A stretch of 63,532 nt of DNA, filler included, from Piedraia hortae CBS 480.64 (GCA_010093745.1; 2 parts of 2 records of this genome joined end to end with filler, not necessarily neighbours in it), one strand, 5' to 3'. Positions 12,685-24,320 are shown, counted from the first letter of the whole stretch. Program-made: numbers and translations. The notes: generated from the letters alone by a model not told the origin.

Positions 12685-13419
12685 CTAGCGCACATATCTG
12701 TCCATGAAACGCCGGTGAAAATCACTCCGCAAAAGGTCATTAACAAACTGCTTCTCTTTACCTTTATTCTGGCTGGCCCTAGCTTGGTTTTTAAAGACGA
12801 CATCGTCGTCCCAACGCCGCTTGACTCCATAGTCAGCAGCGGGTCGGGGGTTTAGCAGAGGGTTTCCTAAGGCAATGTCACGTTCGCGTTGCTCTTCCTC
12901 CTTCTTCACCTGGGCCTCAGCCTCCAAACGCGCCTTTTCGGCACGTTCTGCCTTAATTCTTGTAAGTTCTCGCATGAGTTCTGCTGTCTGGTCTTCATCA
13001 TCCTGATCCTCACTTGCACTGGAATCAGAGTCCTCCGATGAACTCTCTCGATCGAGTTCAGCTGTCTCCACAAGAATACGTCGCTTTCTGCTCTCATAGT
13101 CCTCTTCGAAACCTCCATTTGCAGTCTCGCCTTCAGTTGCCTTTCTCTTCGCTCCTCGTCCGGGATCGGCATCTTCCATCATCAGTTGGGGCTTTTCGAC
13201 ATCCTCATGTTCGACATTCTTGTCCGCACCATGCTTAGCTTCGTCTCTAAGAAGCTCAGCTCTGAGATCTCGCTTTGCGATCTCCTCGGCTGTGCCCTGT
13301 GTCGGCTGGCGATATTTGAGTGTTTTGTAAGCTGGAAGCAGGCGCTGATGGTACGCTTCACCGCGCGCAGCTTCCTTGCCTCTGGCGGGATCGAATGTCG
13401 GACGGTGGGCAGTTGTCAT
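12685..13419 (-). CDS. CWC15: Spliceosome-associated protein Cwc15/Cwf15
   Basis: MTTAHRPTFDPARG N-terminus; KRRWDDDVVFKNQAR...FVNDLLRSDFHRRFMDRYVR C-terminus. Confidence 0.96.
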   Translation of the reverse strand: MTTAHRPTFDPARGKEAARGEAYHQRLLPAYKTLKYRQPTQGTAEEIAKRDLRAELLRDEAKHGADKNVEHEDVEKPQLMMEDADPGRGAKRKATEGETANGGFEEDYESRKRRILVETAELDRESSSEDSDSSASEDQDDEDQTAELMRELTRIKAERAEKARLEAEAQVKKEEEQRERDIALGNPLLNPRPAADYGVKRRWDDDVVFKNQARASQNKGKEKQFVNDLLRSDFHRRFMDRYVR

Positions 13420-13699
13420 GTTGCCCAATTTGTCGTTGGTGGGAGAGTAATTCCATTGATTGATGTCCCTTGTACCATTGTCAGTGCGCACCGTGACACG
13501 TGACAACTGCGAACTACAAATAAACCTCTAACATTACACCGCACAGCAGTAGGCAAATTGCCCGAATATAATTGGCATTCAGGGCGACCTGATAACTACG
13601 TACATGCGAGCAACAAGACCTTTATATGCCGCTGGCCAGTGTAAGTCGTCTCTGCTCAAGTGTATCATAGTTCGCGGGTCAGCGTGACCTTATCAAGAT

Positions 13700-14600
13700 A
13701 TGCCCCGCGAACAGTCGCCATCCACTAACGAGCGCTCTTTCGTGCGCAAGGCTCTACGCGACAATGCTCGTCTAGATGGGCGAAGGCTGTCAGAGTATCG
13801 TGCCATCTCACTTTTATTTCCTTCTCCAGACGCGGCCGAAGTTCGTTTGGGCAAGACGCGTGTGCTGTGCAGTGTCAGCTGCGAGATCGTAACACCTCCC
13901 CAAAATCGTAAATTTGACGGTATCTTCACCATTGTTGCTGAGCTTGGGCCGGGCACCAGCCCTGCTTTCGACACTGGAGGTAGCCGGTACGTTTATTGGG
14001 TTTGCGCATATCTACACTCTGCTGACATGATGTAGACAGGAACTGCTACTAGCTAGAACGTTGGAGAAGACAGTTCGGCGGTCAGGGGCGTTGGATACCG
14101 AGTCTCTTTGCATCATCGCAGGGGAAAAATGTTTCCACGTCCGTGCAGATGTTCATGTCATGGACCACGATGGAAATCTGATCGATGCCTCCTGTCTGGC
14201 TGTGGTCGCTGCTCTTTCGCGCTTTCGACGCCCGAATGTTGAGGTCCGGGGCGGCGTTGCCACTGTTTACTCGGCTCGCGAGCGTGAACCTGTCAAATTA
14301 GCTCTTCACCATCGCCCGTTCTGTGTCACAACAAGTTACTACGAAGGCATTTCCTTTCAGGATGCCAACTTGTTGGAGGAACACTGCCGCGATGGCGAAG
14401 TAATCGTGAGCCTAAACAAATTTGGGGAAGTATGTGGAATCGCAAAATACGGCGGCGTCGCAGTCGATGCCCTCATCATGCTACAAATGATCAAAGACAG
14501 TCTAGAGAGGGTGAAAGCGTTGGATATGCTTGTGGCGGATGCGTTAAAAGAAAGCGAAGAAAGACCAATAGCGGAGCTGAGCGCCGAAAATGAAAGGTAG
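13700..14600 (+). CDS. RRP45: Exosome core subunit Rrp45 (RNase PH-like), intron about 13987-14035
   Basis: RLDGRRLSEYR, LGKTRV, DTESLCIIAGEKC, DHDGNLIDA, C-terminal ELSAENER. Confidence 0.92.
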
Positions 14601-15101
14601 TGCGTGAGGAGGAAATTAAACACCAGCACCATCTTTTTGAGCCCAAAAAGAGAGAAAGGAGCTGCACTGCAAAAGTGAACCGAGATCAGATCTTCCGTCT
14701 CGTAATTATATGATGCAGAAAACACCATGAGAGTGCAATAAGGCCTGAAGGAACTCATGTGTTGGCGGCCAGGTCGACTCGGGCCATGCTATCACTAGGC
14801 ATCCTGAATAACCTTTGATGCTTTGCGTCTCCACAGAATGGGATACTAAAACGTTGACCGTGTACACGTTAGGTTCAAGCAAGCCGGGAGTCTTTGAGCA
14901 GGGGTAGTTGGCTGTCTTCGATACATCCCCGCTTGATCCAGGTTCATGCTCTTGCCGGTCCAACCATGGGAAGGCTTACGTAGCATCAAGCCTGGGGAGT
15001 GTATGTTTTCTGTGAAATTTTGCGAGTTGCACCTTGGTCGCGTGCCCAAGTTCCAACCAACCTTGGCGGACATCTTTATCCCATGGAAGATTGATCGACC
15101 T

Positions 15102-16424
15102 TCAGCCGCGTCGATATATACCAAAGCCCCAGCAGATACGCAACATGGCCAGCCCAACAGCCATGCCAATGCTGTCTTTCACCACGTTGAGTTTGCTGCC
15201 TTTAATTTCCTTCCAGCCAATAGGCACCTCTACCGTGGGGATTTCGGCGCTCTCCGCCAACATCAGCATCTCGACGTCAAAGATCCAGCCTTCCGAGTGC
15301 ATATAAGGCACAATGTACGGTAATGCTGGCCGGCTAAAAAGCTTGAAGCCACATTGAGTGTCACGAATGAGCGAGGTTCGCGGCGGCGTCATCAGCCAAA
15401 TCAACAGGTGGAAACAGCGCATGAGCAGGTTGCGAAGCATGGACCGCTGAAAGAATTAGTGACATCCTGCAAAAACAAGGGCTAAAACTGACCTTCACTA
15501 CAGCTTCGGTGCCCACCATATGCGCGCGCGAGCCTACGCCCACCGCCCTTCCTTGGCTATCTTTTGCCCGCTCGCAGGCAACTACAAGTTTGCCCAGGTC
15601 ATCAAACTGGCTCGCGCCGTCAGCGTCGGCAAAAACAATATAACTGCCGCGGGCATGGCGCATGCCGTGCGTAACCGCACCACCCTTACCGCGGTTTTTC
15701 TCCAACTCTACAACGCGTATAGCGCCAGGTGGGATGTTCATTGGCTGCATGTTGCGTTTCCACGGCCCAGGAGGCGTTGGTGCCGGATGTGCGGGCAAAT
15801 GAGAACGGGCAAAGGCCAGAGCAGTCTCCACGGTGCGGTCGGAGCTTCCGTCACTAACTACTATGATCTCCCACCCCCGTCGCCCATCTCCTTGCACTCC
15901 GCTAGCCTGTAAACATCTATCGCTGCTGCTCTTGCTCGCCGTACCGCGATGTCCATAGTGCGTCTCAAGATACTCGACCGCTTCTTCCAACATGCCGCTC
16001 ATGCGCAGCTCCTCGTTAAAGGCAGGTACAACCACACTCATGAAGACTTCTGAATCACCTATCTGATAAGCATCGGCTGATGCAATCTGTTTCTGGCGTG
16101 CCATCTGGCAGAGCACAAGGTGGTTGTCGTGCCAGCATGGGAGTGGGCGGGGCGAAGACACACGTCCATCGGCCTCAACCGTACGGTATTTTTTCTCTGA
16201 AGGTCTAGGTGGCCGAGGGACGGGCAGAAGATCCCGTAAGAAGATGAAGGGCTGGAAAAGAGATTGTCAGTGTCAATGTCACCGCTTGCCGCCGAAGGAA
16301 ATACCAGGATGACGATACCGAAGGAGGCAGCGACTGCGACTGCAGTCCAGAACCACGTGGGGACCGACACAAGTGCGTCCATAGCAGACCAGGCCGTCTC
16401 GGGAATAGAGTCGGCCGAATCCAT
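15102..16424 (-). CDS. ALG5: Dolichyl-phosphate beta-glucosyltransferase (GT2), 2 introns
   Basis: N-terminal TM segment; SVVVPAFNEELR, NRGKGGAVTHGM, FADADGAS, GSRAH, DTQCGFKLFSR, WIFDVEML. Confidence 0.94.
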
Positions 16425-16908
16425 GTCGATGTTGTTGTGGTTGTGCTCGCGATGGTTCGGGAGTGGTGCGGGATGTGGGGCACCACGCTGATGAACAAGT
16501 GTCAAATGCAACGTGGGGTAGCAAATGTATAAACTCTCGTTGATAGCAATAATCGCATTAGTAGCTGCATCTGCGACATATTCTCCTCTGCTATGGGCTG
16601 CATACTATGGCCTGCATGCGGGATCATTGGAGACCTCAGCGTAAGATGCCCCGCCGTCTTTACCCTGCTACCCGAGCATATCTTCTACCAGGTATATCTA
16701 GCGCGACGGGTCATTGGACCGGCCATCAAATCGCTCTGTGGCCAACTGAAGGACAAGTGCTTTCTTGGAAAGACGAGCGGCCCGAAGCCCATTTATCTTC
16801 CAAATGTGACTGGGCCCGTCTTGAGAGGATGAGGCCTTGCCCCTAGTTTAACCCAACTTGGTACTTTTATTCGCTACCATCACGCAGCAACGTGTCAGCG
16901 TGCACTGC

Positions 16909-17577
16909 TCAAGCCTCCGAGCTGGCTCGTTTTTTGCCCCTTTTCTTGGGCTTCTTCGCTTCCTCATCCGAATCACTGGCAGCATCCTTTTTCGCTTTAC
17001 TAGGTGCGTCTGGGACTTTCTTGAAAATATCCTGCAAGAAGTCGAACGTGTCATTTGCCGACACAGCTTGTTTTAGGTGCTGCGGCGTAACTTTCTTGGG
17101 AAGCCTGCCTCCGAACTGAATTCGTCCTTCCAACGTCGCAGCTACAATCATCTTTATCATGAACAGTTCCAGCGCGCGGCTCACAACATGTGGCGTGACC
17201 TGGGCTACTTTGCCGATATCGTCGTCTGCCTGCATGATACGCTTGATGCGGGCGACCGGAAAGGACGCCTTGAACTCGATGCCGAGTGTTGGATCCGACT
17301 GGGTGGGCCCGGAAGTCGTTGCAACAGTGTCGATTTTCAATGGAAGCTGCGCTGTTGAAGCATTGAGCTTTGCATTGTCAATTAGGTGTGTTGAAGGCGT
17401 CGCCACAAGAGACGACGACTGCTGGGCGGCTGATGATGCACCGGCCATGATGACGTCGTTGAACGCAGGCGGGCGCTGAGATGGTAGAGGAAGACCAGAT
17501 AGGTCAGGGCTGATTGGCCGCGGTGAAGGCGCACGGTACTGATCGACCGGTCTTGGCGCGCGTTCTTTGTAATCCAT
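16909..17577 (-). CDS. BUR6: NC2 alpha subunit (Bur6/DRAP1), histone fold
   Basis: FPVARIKRIMQADDDIGKVAQVTPHVVSRALELF...HLKQAV...FDFLQDI. Confidence 0.88.
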   Translation of the reverse strand: MDYKERAPRPVDQYRAPSPRPISPDLSGLPLPSQRPPAFNDVIMAGASSAAQQSSSLVATPSTHLIDNAKLNASTAQLPLKIDTVATTSGPTQSDPTLGIEFKASFPVARIKRIMQADDDIGKVAQVTPHVVSRALELFMIKMIVAATLEGRIQFGGRLPKKVTPQHLKQAVSANDTFDFLQDIFKKVPDAPSKAKKDAASDSDEEAKKPKKRGKKRASSEA

Positions 17578-17828
17578 AACGTCGAGGTGCTTGATTGGCT
17601 GGAAAGTAGCGGTGGGGTGCAAGAAACAACGGCCGGAACGGACTAGCGCAGCGTTGAGGAGGTGTCGGAAGTTTGTGCTCGCTCGGACTAGGGAAATGGC
17701 GCGGGTTAAATGCAAAATGCTCTGCCCCCCACCAAACGCGTCATCACATGTCAGGCTTGGCGCGTCCGTGCGCCGCGTCTGTCTCGTCCCCTCATTGACC
17801 GCGCAAACTCATCTCAACCGACTTGAAA

Positions 17829-18139
17829 ATGCCGTCCGAGGACAGCAAAGCGAACGCAGGCCAGAGTTTTGCTAAGGGTGTGACATCTACTGTTAGTTTG
17901 CTCGGCTAGTTCTACTTTGGCGCTAACCGAACCAGGTTGGCAACGCCGCTGGCGGTCTCACACGCACAGTTGGAGGAATCGTCGGTGCCACGGGCAAGGG
18001 TGTTGGCGAAACGATCAACAAGACGACAGGTACGACTGCCGTGGGCGATTCACTGCAATCCTTGACCGGTGGTTTGGAGAAGGGTGCAACTCAAGCTGGC
18101 AAAGGCGCAGAAAATGCAGGGGAATGGAAGAAGCCTTAA
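17829..18139 (+). CDS. Small Gly/Thr/Ala-rich protein (88 aa, intron 17892-17935), hydrophilin/LEA-like
   Basis: Spliced MPSEDSKANAGQSFAKGVTST|VGNAAGGLTRTVGGIVGATGKGVGETINK...ENAGEWKKP*; GTTAGT donor, CTAAC branch, CAG acceptor. Confidence 0.8.
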
Positions 18140-18590
18140 GAACCATTTGAGCACACCTTGTTGCCTTAACTAGAAATATCCGGCTAGAGAAGTTGTAAAG
18201 CCAACGAAGGCCATGTGTCCCTAATCACGGACATTCTTCCAAAGTCACAAACTGATGTGACAGGAGTACGATCGGCTCTATGCCCGAGAAACAAACATGG
18301 CTTTGGGAATATGGCCTTTTGCTTACGCCACTTGCTCATTGACTGAAGGACGACTTATTGTTGGGTCAAGTATGTACTTCCGACCTGTAGGAGGAAGTGT
18401 TTACACTTGGTTGTTAGGCTCACCAACGCAGTCGGTGGGGTCCATGCCTTCGTAGCTGGTTGTAGTCCAGCCTAGCTTTTAGGCAATAGCTGGTGGTCCT
18501 TTCAGCTTTGGCATCAGATCAGGCCGACAGCTGCGGGGAAGCACGATTGTGATAAATAGGAATACAAACCCACATCAGCCATCATCCAGT

Positions 18591-18978
18591 ATGCCCGTCA
18601 CCGAATTTCAAGAGGTACCACTTCTCTCCCCTGCACTTTACCGTCTCATTCCAAACCTAGCGAGTCTACGCCCTGCTTCGACGTATCCCAGAGGGCAAAG
18701 TCACTACCTACGCTGCGCTCGCCAAGGCTCTGGGTTCCTCTCCTCGTGCCGTTGGCGGGGCATTGCGCAACAATCCATTCGCCCCTGAGATCCCATGCCA
18801 TCGCGTAATAGCATCAAGTGGGTATGTGGGAGGATTTAAAGGCGATTGGGAAGATGCTCCCAGCGGCATCAACCAACAGGCGAAATTGGAACTTTTGAAA
18901 AAGGAAGGGATCGAATTCACCAATGAGGGAAAAATGGTGGACAATGGGAGCGTTTGGTTCGACGGGCCTTGGAAGTAG
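18591..18978 (+). CDS. MGT1: O6-methylguanine-DNA methyltransferase, minimal C-terminal-domain form (1 intron)
   Basis: MPVTEFQE|RVYALLRRIPEGKVTTYAALA...SPRAVGGALRNNP...IPCHRV (active-site PCHR). Confidence 0.9.
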
Positions 18979-19212
18979 CATAGAGAGACTGTCCAAAGAT
19001 CTTGCACTTTATGGAAGTATGCAGCTTTTTTACCATAAACCCCGGGAACCGAGAAACAGCCCTGAATAAACTTCTTGACAGCTCCTACCTCAGCTCATGA
19101 CGTCCAACCGGAAAACAACCGAGGCTTCACCCTTGTTTCTATTTTCAATGGCTAGGTATGAAGGGAATAAAAGGCGTTGCCCAAGATCGCACATCTTGAT
19201 GACCTTGCGAAC

Positions 19213-20361
19213 ATGGTGTTCCTCAATACATATTGCCTGGACATCACTAGTGAATCGACACCAGATCCATGGGTCGTGTCCGCTAATGGAACATTTTATT
19301 TTACCTTTACAGCCAATTCAAGGCTTCCAATGTGGGAAACAAAGGCGGTGATAAATCTGTACGACAAGGCTTTTAAAGGTCCTGTATGGTTGGCGCCTCC
19401 AACGGGTCCTCAGAGCGAGAGGCTTTGGGCTCCCGAGCTGCACGCTCTTCAAGGCCGATGGTACATTTACTTTGCAGGAGCAGATGCAAGAATCGGAAAC
19501 CGAAGCCATAGAATGTATGTCATGGGAGGCCCGTCAGCTGAAGCAGATCCACACTCGGGTGCGTGGGAGCTCCTTGGACCAATAAGAGGCATGAATCAAG
19601 CCCAATGGGCAATTGACGGTACTGTTTTTGAGCTCGACGGATCTTTGTATCTGTGTTACTCAGGCTGGCCAAAACGCGGAAATCGCTGGGTAGACGACGA
19701 CGAACGAATTCAACAATTGTTCCTTATCCAGCTATCAGATCCAACAACGGCCAGAAGCGAGCCCGCCGTTATCTCAATCCCCACAGAAGAATGGGAAATG
19801 CTTAGCCCTGACGGGCCAGCCATAAACGAGGGGCCCCAATGGCTCGAATTACCGACCGGCCACTGGCGGGGCTTGGTATACTCTTGCTCCGCAAGCTGGA
19901 CGAAACATTACAAGATGGCAACGCTGCAATATGTGGGTGGCGATCCGTTATCGGCAGTATCTTGGCAGAAATCTGGTAAGCCGCTGTTACAGAGCCGTAG
20001 AGACGGCATAGGGCCGTATGGTCCAGGTCATGGCTGTTTCCTCCAAGCTGGTGGCGAAACAGTGGTGTTGTTCCATGCAACCGACAACGAGACAGATGGC
20101 GCAACGAATAGACGCTGCCGCATGCAACGTCTTTGTTGGACCCGGACGGGTCCATATATGGGAGAATACGTAGGAGCTCACACAACAGACCCGATGACTT
20201 TTTTGCGAAGCGACTTCGATCGCATCCACGAGACAGGACACACAACATCGATGAATAGAGAAAAGCCGGAAGAATTAAATTTTGCCCTTCAGCAACTGTT
20301 AGTGGGCAGTAAAGAGCATGTAAACGGTATATGCACCTGCTGCCATTGTGTAGTCAGGTAA
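19213..20361 (+). CDS. Glycoside hydrolase family 43 (arabinofuranosidase/xylosidase-like), no signal peptide
   Basis: TPDPWV, LWAPELH, WAIDGTVF, INEGPQ, GPGHG motifs; intronless; start at first in-frame ATG. Confidence 0.88.
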   Translation: MVFLNTYCLDITSESTPDPWVVSANGTFYFTFTANSRLPMWETKAVINLYDKAFKGPVWLAPPTGPQSERLWAPELHALQGRWYIYFAGADARIGNRSHRMYVMGGPSAEADPHSGAWELLGPIRGMNQAQWAIDGTVFELDGSLYLCYSGWPKRGNRWVDDDERIQQLFLIQLSDPTTARSEPAVISIPTEEWEMLSPDGPAINEGPQWLELPTGHWRGLVYSCSASWTKHYKMATLQYVGGDPLSAVSWQKSGKPLLQSRRDGIGPYGPGHGCFLQAGGETVVLFHATDNETDGATNRRCRMQRLCWTRTGPYMGEYVGAHTTDPMTFLRSDFDRIHETGHTTSMNREKPEELNFALQQLLVGSKEHVNGICTCCHCVVR

Positions 20362-20446
20362 TGCAAGCTTCTATCACGTCAGTCATTTGGCCAACTTCCC
20401 TTCCACTACAAGCGGTGCGACTAGCCTGGTATCATGTTCCATTGCC

Positions 20447-22313
20447 TTATTCGTCGTCATTCAATAAGCTGTCATCTGTATCGTTGTGAGAGTTCCCAAT
20501 AACAACTCCCCGGACCTGATGAATTTGGTCGAGTTTGTGATCGACCATGATCATACTCAAAAGCACGCAGGGAACACAGAGACACATTGAAACCAACAAA
20601 ATTTGCCTGATCGTATCTTGATAAGCGTGGCTGATGGCGACTTGGGTGGGGCTGCCCCGTGGCCAGCCTTGGGCAGCGAGCTTGACACTTCCGTAAATCG
20701 CCGTCGCCTGTGCCTTTGTTTCCGCAGGGAGGTAATGTTGCAGACTTCTTGGAAGGTTATTACTCCAGATGGCACCAGAGATAGCTGATCCCACAGCTCC
20801 GCCGATCTCGAGGAAGGTCAGAAAAGCCGTTGTAGCTGCCGCGACTTCTTGGTGTCTTGCAGAAGCTTGCACACCGAGCTGAGCAGGCCCGTGGGCCAAG
20901 CCGCCACCAATACCCATCAAACATTGGGAGACCACAATAGTGACCAGAGAAGATCGTTCAGTGCGAAGGAAAAACATAGAAGCAATCCCAGCCAGGTAGA
21001 GGATAGTCCCCGCAGTGACAAAGCGCCGATAACGCTTCGTATGTTTAATGGCCATTGAAGCGACAATGGATGAGATGGTTGCGGAAAGGGTGAATGTTTG
21101 AACCACTCTACCAGCACCAGCCACGCTCATATGATGAACAACGAGCAGGTAGGACTGGAAGTAGGGGTATACAGATAGGTAGAAAGCACCTAGCCCGTTA
21201 GCAAGAGCGATGTCGAAGGCTTTGCAACCCACCAAAGTAGAAAAAGGCAAAAGCAAGGCCGGCGAGAACGGTCCGGTTCCTTAACAAGGTGCTTGGGAAA
21301 AAAGCTTGCGGTGCCAGTTTTTTGTTGCTCTCCCAGAAAGGAAAACCTACAAGACAAGCGGCACCGAGAACGAACATTGTCAGCAGGCTCGGATGGCTCC
21401 ATCCGGTCTCGCGATTGACTGTCAGTGGGATCAAGACGAGTGAGCAGCCAACACATATCAGCAGCAAACCAACGACATCCATACCCCACCAAATATTCAT
21501 TGCTGCTTGCCATCGAGAAGAAGACTTTGCGGAGATCCCATACAACAAGCCCCTTTGAGCTGCCCGTTTTTGAGCAGTGAAAAGCGCAACGGCAACAGGC
21601 AAGTAAGCGACGGGGAGAAGGATGGCCCAAATTCCGTAGCCCCATCGCCAGTTGAGCCTGCGCAACATGACATCGGCCAGCGTGGGGCCCATCCAAACGG
21701 TGACGAGAAAGGGCACATCCGGCAGAGTGACAACAAGGGCGCGGTTCAGCAGATCGCTGGTGTCGGCAATGAAAATCTGGACCAGGATCTGCAGACCCGT
21801 CTGGCCGGCAGAATAGAAGATCTGCGCAACAGCGTATGTGCTCATGTGCGAGGCCGACGCTTGCATAATGTAGCCGACAACGTAGATGGCAACAGCGAGG
21901 CTGAACGCCTCGAAACGGCCGAAGACGTCGGCAATCTTGGACATTGGCGGCTTAACGACGGCTAAAACAACGCCCTGCACCACCAAGACGGTGGAGATCA
22001 GAGAGTGCGCCTTGAAAGAGCTTGTCGCATACACAGTCAGGTTGGTGGTCGTTTGCGTTTCCAGCGATGTAGCCCACGTAAGCAACGCGATCCCTACATA
22101 CGCAGCAAAGAGGTCTGTCTTGGTCCAGGATCTGGCCATGGCATCGGCGCGCTTGACACCCGCTTGGACGGGCCCATCATCCTCGTCGTCAGCAGCGGCA
22201 TGCACATGACGGCCGTCCATGAACGAGTATTCGTCGCCATCTGGAACGGTTACATTACTGACAGCGTGGATTGTGCCATACCCAGCGCAATTCGAAGTTG
22301 TGGTCTCGGGCAT
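20447..22313 (-). CDS. Siderophore-iron MFS transporter (Arn/Sit1/MirB family), intron 21190-21232
   Basis: YATSSFKAHSLISTV, KPPMSKIADVFGRFE, IADTSDLLNR, WRWGYGIW, IGGAVGSAISGAIW; many TM segments. Confidence 0.93.
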
Positions 22314-22338
22314 GGAAACGTTCCGGGGGAGGGGTAGG

Positions 22339-22397
22339 ATCAGATTAGGCGAGCTCTCCAGTCAATGCGGGGCTTGCAGGCTTGCAGGATCAGATAA
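22339..22397. promoter_or_regulatory. SreA/Urbs1-type GATA boxes (ATCAGATTA 22339, ATCAGATAA 22389)
   Basis: Match to the ATCWGATAA consensus immediately upstream of the siderophore transporter ATG. Confidence 0.6.
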
Positions 22398-22551
22398 CGC
22401 CACACAACGAAATCGACGAAACATGCATGAAACTGACGCTGGCGAAACAGCAATCGATTGGCTGGACACAGTTGAGGGAGGAGTTGATAGCAAAGACCTA
22501 TGATACGGCTAATGTTACTTGTTCACCATGTCCTTATACTCGCCATGCAGT

Positions 22552-23850
22552 CTACTCGTCGTCGCTGTCTTCGTCAGACTCGGCATTCTCCAACCATTCA
22601 AGGAACTTGGCTGCGTTGGTGCGCACGTTGCGGCTGGTGGCAATGTCAACGTACTTCTTGCTGGCCTTTGAGCCCCACGCCTTGAGCGTCTCCTCACAAA
22701 CCAGATCGTTTTCGTAGGCTTTCAATAGGATGCCAGATACAGACGGGATGAGGTTAGGTTTTTCCGTGCCCACAAAGCGTTCAATGCCACCGAGGAAAGC
22801 TCTCTCGGCTTTCTCCCTGTTGCTGTTGGCATCAATCATCTTCTTGAGCATGCTGGCGCGCGGTTCAATCTGCTTCAGGATGTCGTTGTCAAACAACGTC
22901 TGAGCCAGTACGGTAAGGGTGCGATGTTTGGATTCAATGCCCAACTCTTTGGCCTTGACGTAGATGTGGACGTTGTCAACTTTGGACACTGTGCCGGCCT
23001 CACGGGCATGCTCCAGGATCCAGTCTCCCAGCTGCGCGTACTTCCTGCCCGTTTTGCCTTCGCCATCAGCCTCGTCCTCGTTATCTTCCAGGACAAGCGA
23101 CTGCCGGAGATCATCTGGCAAAGCCTGGGCGCGGGCCTTGATGGCATCGGCCGACATGTCGACAGACCATTCGATATTGTCACCCTTGGGCGCTGCCTCA
23201 AGTTCCTTGGCATCGGCATTGATCTTACGCGTGAGCTCATCTTCGCTACCGGCATCTGGGCTGGCATCACCGTACTCATCAACCTGCTCGGAACCGCTTT
23301 CGCCGAGGCTATGGCCGTTGACATCGTCCTCTTCGCCGTGCGTGCCGTTCTTTTCCGCTTCCTTTCGCGCCTTGCGGTCTGCTTTCTTGGTCGACTTATC
23401 TTTTTTGCCCTTCTTCGGTGCGTTCTTCAAGATGAATGATGAGAGCTTGTGGCGCAAGTCGGCCTTGGTGACCTGGCCGCAGGCTTTGCAGTCGAGCAGA
23501 ATGTCCCCGTCTTTCAAATTAACCACCGTCTCAGGATTCTTGCAGCTCTTGCACAGGACAAATTTGTTGATGAAGCCGTCCAGATAGTCTTGAAGTTTAC
23601 CGGATTCGTGGGCACCGTTGATGATCCAGCGATCGTCCTTGGGATCGAGGTTGGTCTGGGCGCCTAGTTCGAAGCCAAAATACTTTATCACATAGTTTGG
23701 TGGGCGAGCAAGCTGACTGGCAACGTTGCTGAGGTTGACAACGACTGTCTTGATGCCGTTGCCTTTGCCCTCGACTTTGGACTGAAGACGCTCCATCTTG
23801 TAGCGGTAAAAGGGGTCCGATACATCGCGACGGATGTTGACACTGGCCAT
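22552..23850 (-). CDS. TIF5: Translation initiation factor eIF5
   Basis: DPFYRYKM...KVEGKGNGIKT, YFGFELGAQ, CKSCKNPET..CKACG zinc ribbon, W2 domain FLEWLENAE. Confidence 0.97.
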   Translation of the reverse strand: MASVNIRRDVSDPFYRYKMERLQSKVEGKGNGIKTVVVNLSNVASQLARPPNYVIKYFGFELGAQTNLDPKDDRWIINGAHESGKLQDYLDGFINKFVLCKSCKNPETVVNLKDGDILLDCKACGQVTKADLRHKLSSFILKNAPKKGKKDKSTKKADRKARKEAEKNGTHGEEDDVNGHSLGESGSEQVDEYGDASPDAGSEDELTRKINADAKELEAAPKGDNIEWSVDMSADAIKARAQALPDDLRQSLVLEDNEDEADGEGKTGRKYAQLGDWILEHAREAGTVSKVDNVHIYVKAKELGIESKHRTLTVLAQTLFDNDILKQIEPRASMLKKMIDANSNREKAERAFLGGIERFVGTEKPNLIPSVSGILLKAYENDLVCEETLKAWGSKASKKYVDIATSRNVRTNAAKFLEWLENAESDEDSDDE

Positions 23851-24320
23851 GATGGCGATGACACTGCTGCTTTGTTCAGGTGCGGAGATAAATGGTGCCA
23901 GAAGACTCTGTCAATGCTGCCGCCAAGCCAGACATGCAGTACACGCCGGCTGTGAAGTAGGGCGTGCTAGACTAGCCAGACGGGATACGCCGAGGACGAC
24001 GCGGTATGTGGATCGACAGCGGCTGCGGCGGCGGCGATCCTACTACGGAAGCGTGTGTGACGGACGAATACATATACTCTGCACCGCGTCCAGATAGAGG
24101 CTTCAGGCAGGATGAGGCAGCGGCACGTCGTAGGCAAAGCGTGAGGATGGCGTAAAGTGTTTGTAGAAGAGGTGCGTGGTATGCTCTGTTTGCTTGTTGC
24201 GGGCGAGCGTGTGTCGGTGTAAGGGGAAGCGAAAGTCAGAATTTGCATTGCCACCAATGGTCACGTGAACGCGCATGTGACCTTGGGCCTGTGATCCTGA
24301 CAAAGATTCTGATATTTCTG

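Noticed and set aside
18250..18293. Hammerhead ribozyme (CTGATG...GAAAC)
   Set aside because: The core reads CUGAUGU rather than CUGANGA, and the flanking stems do not fit
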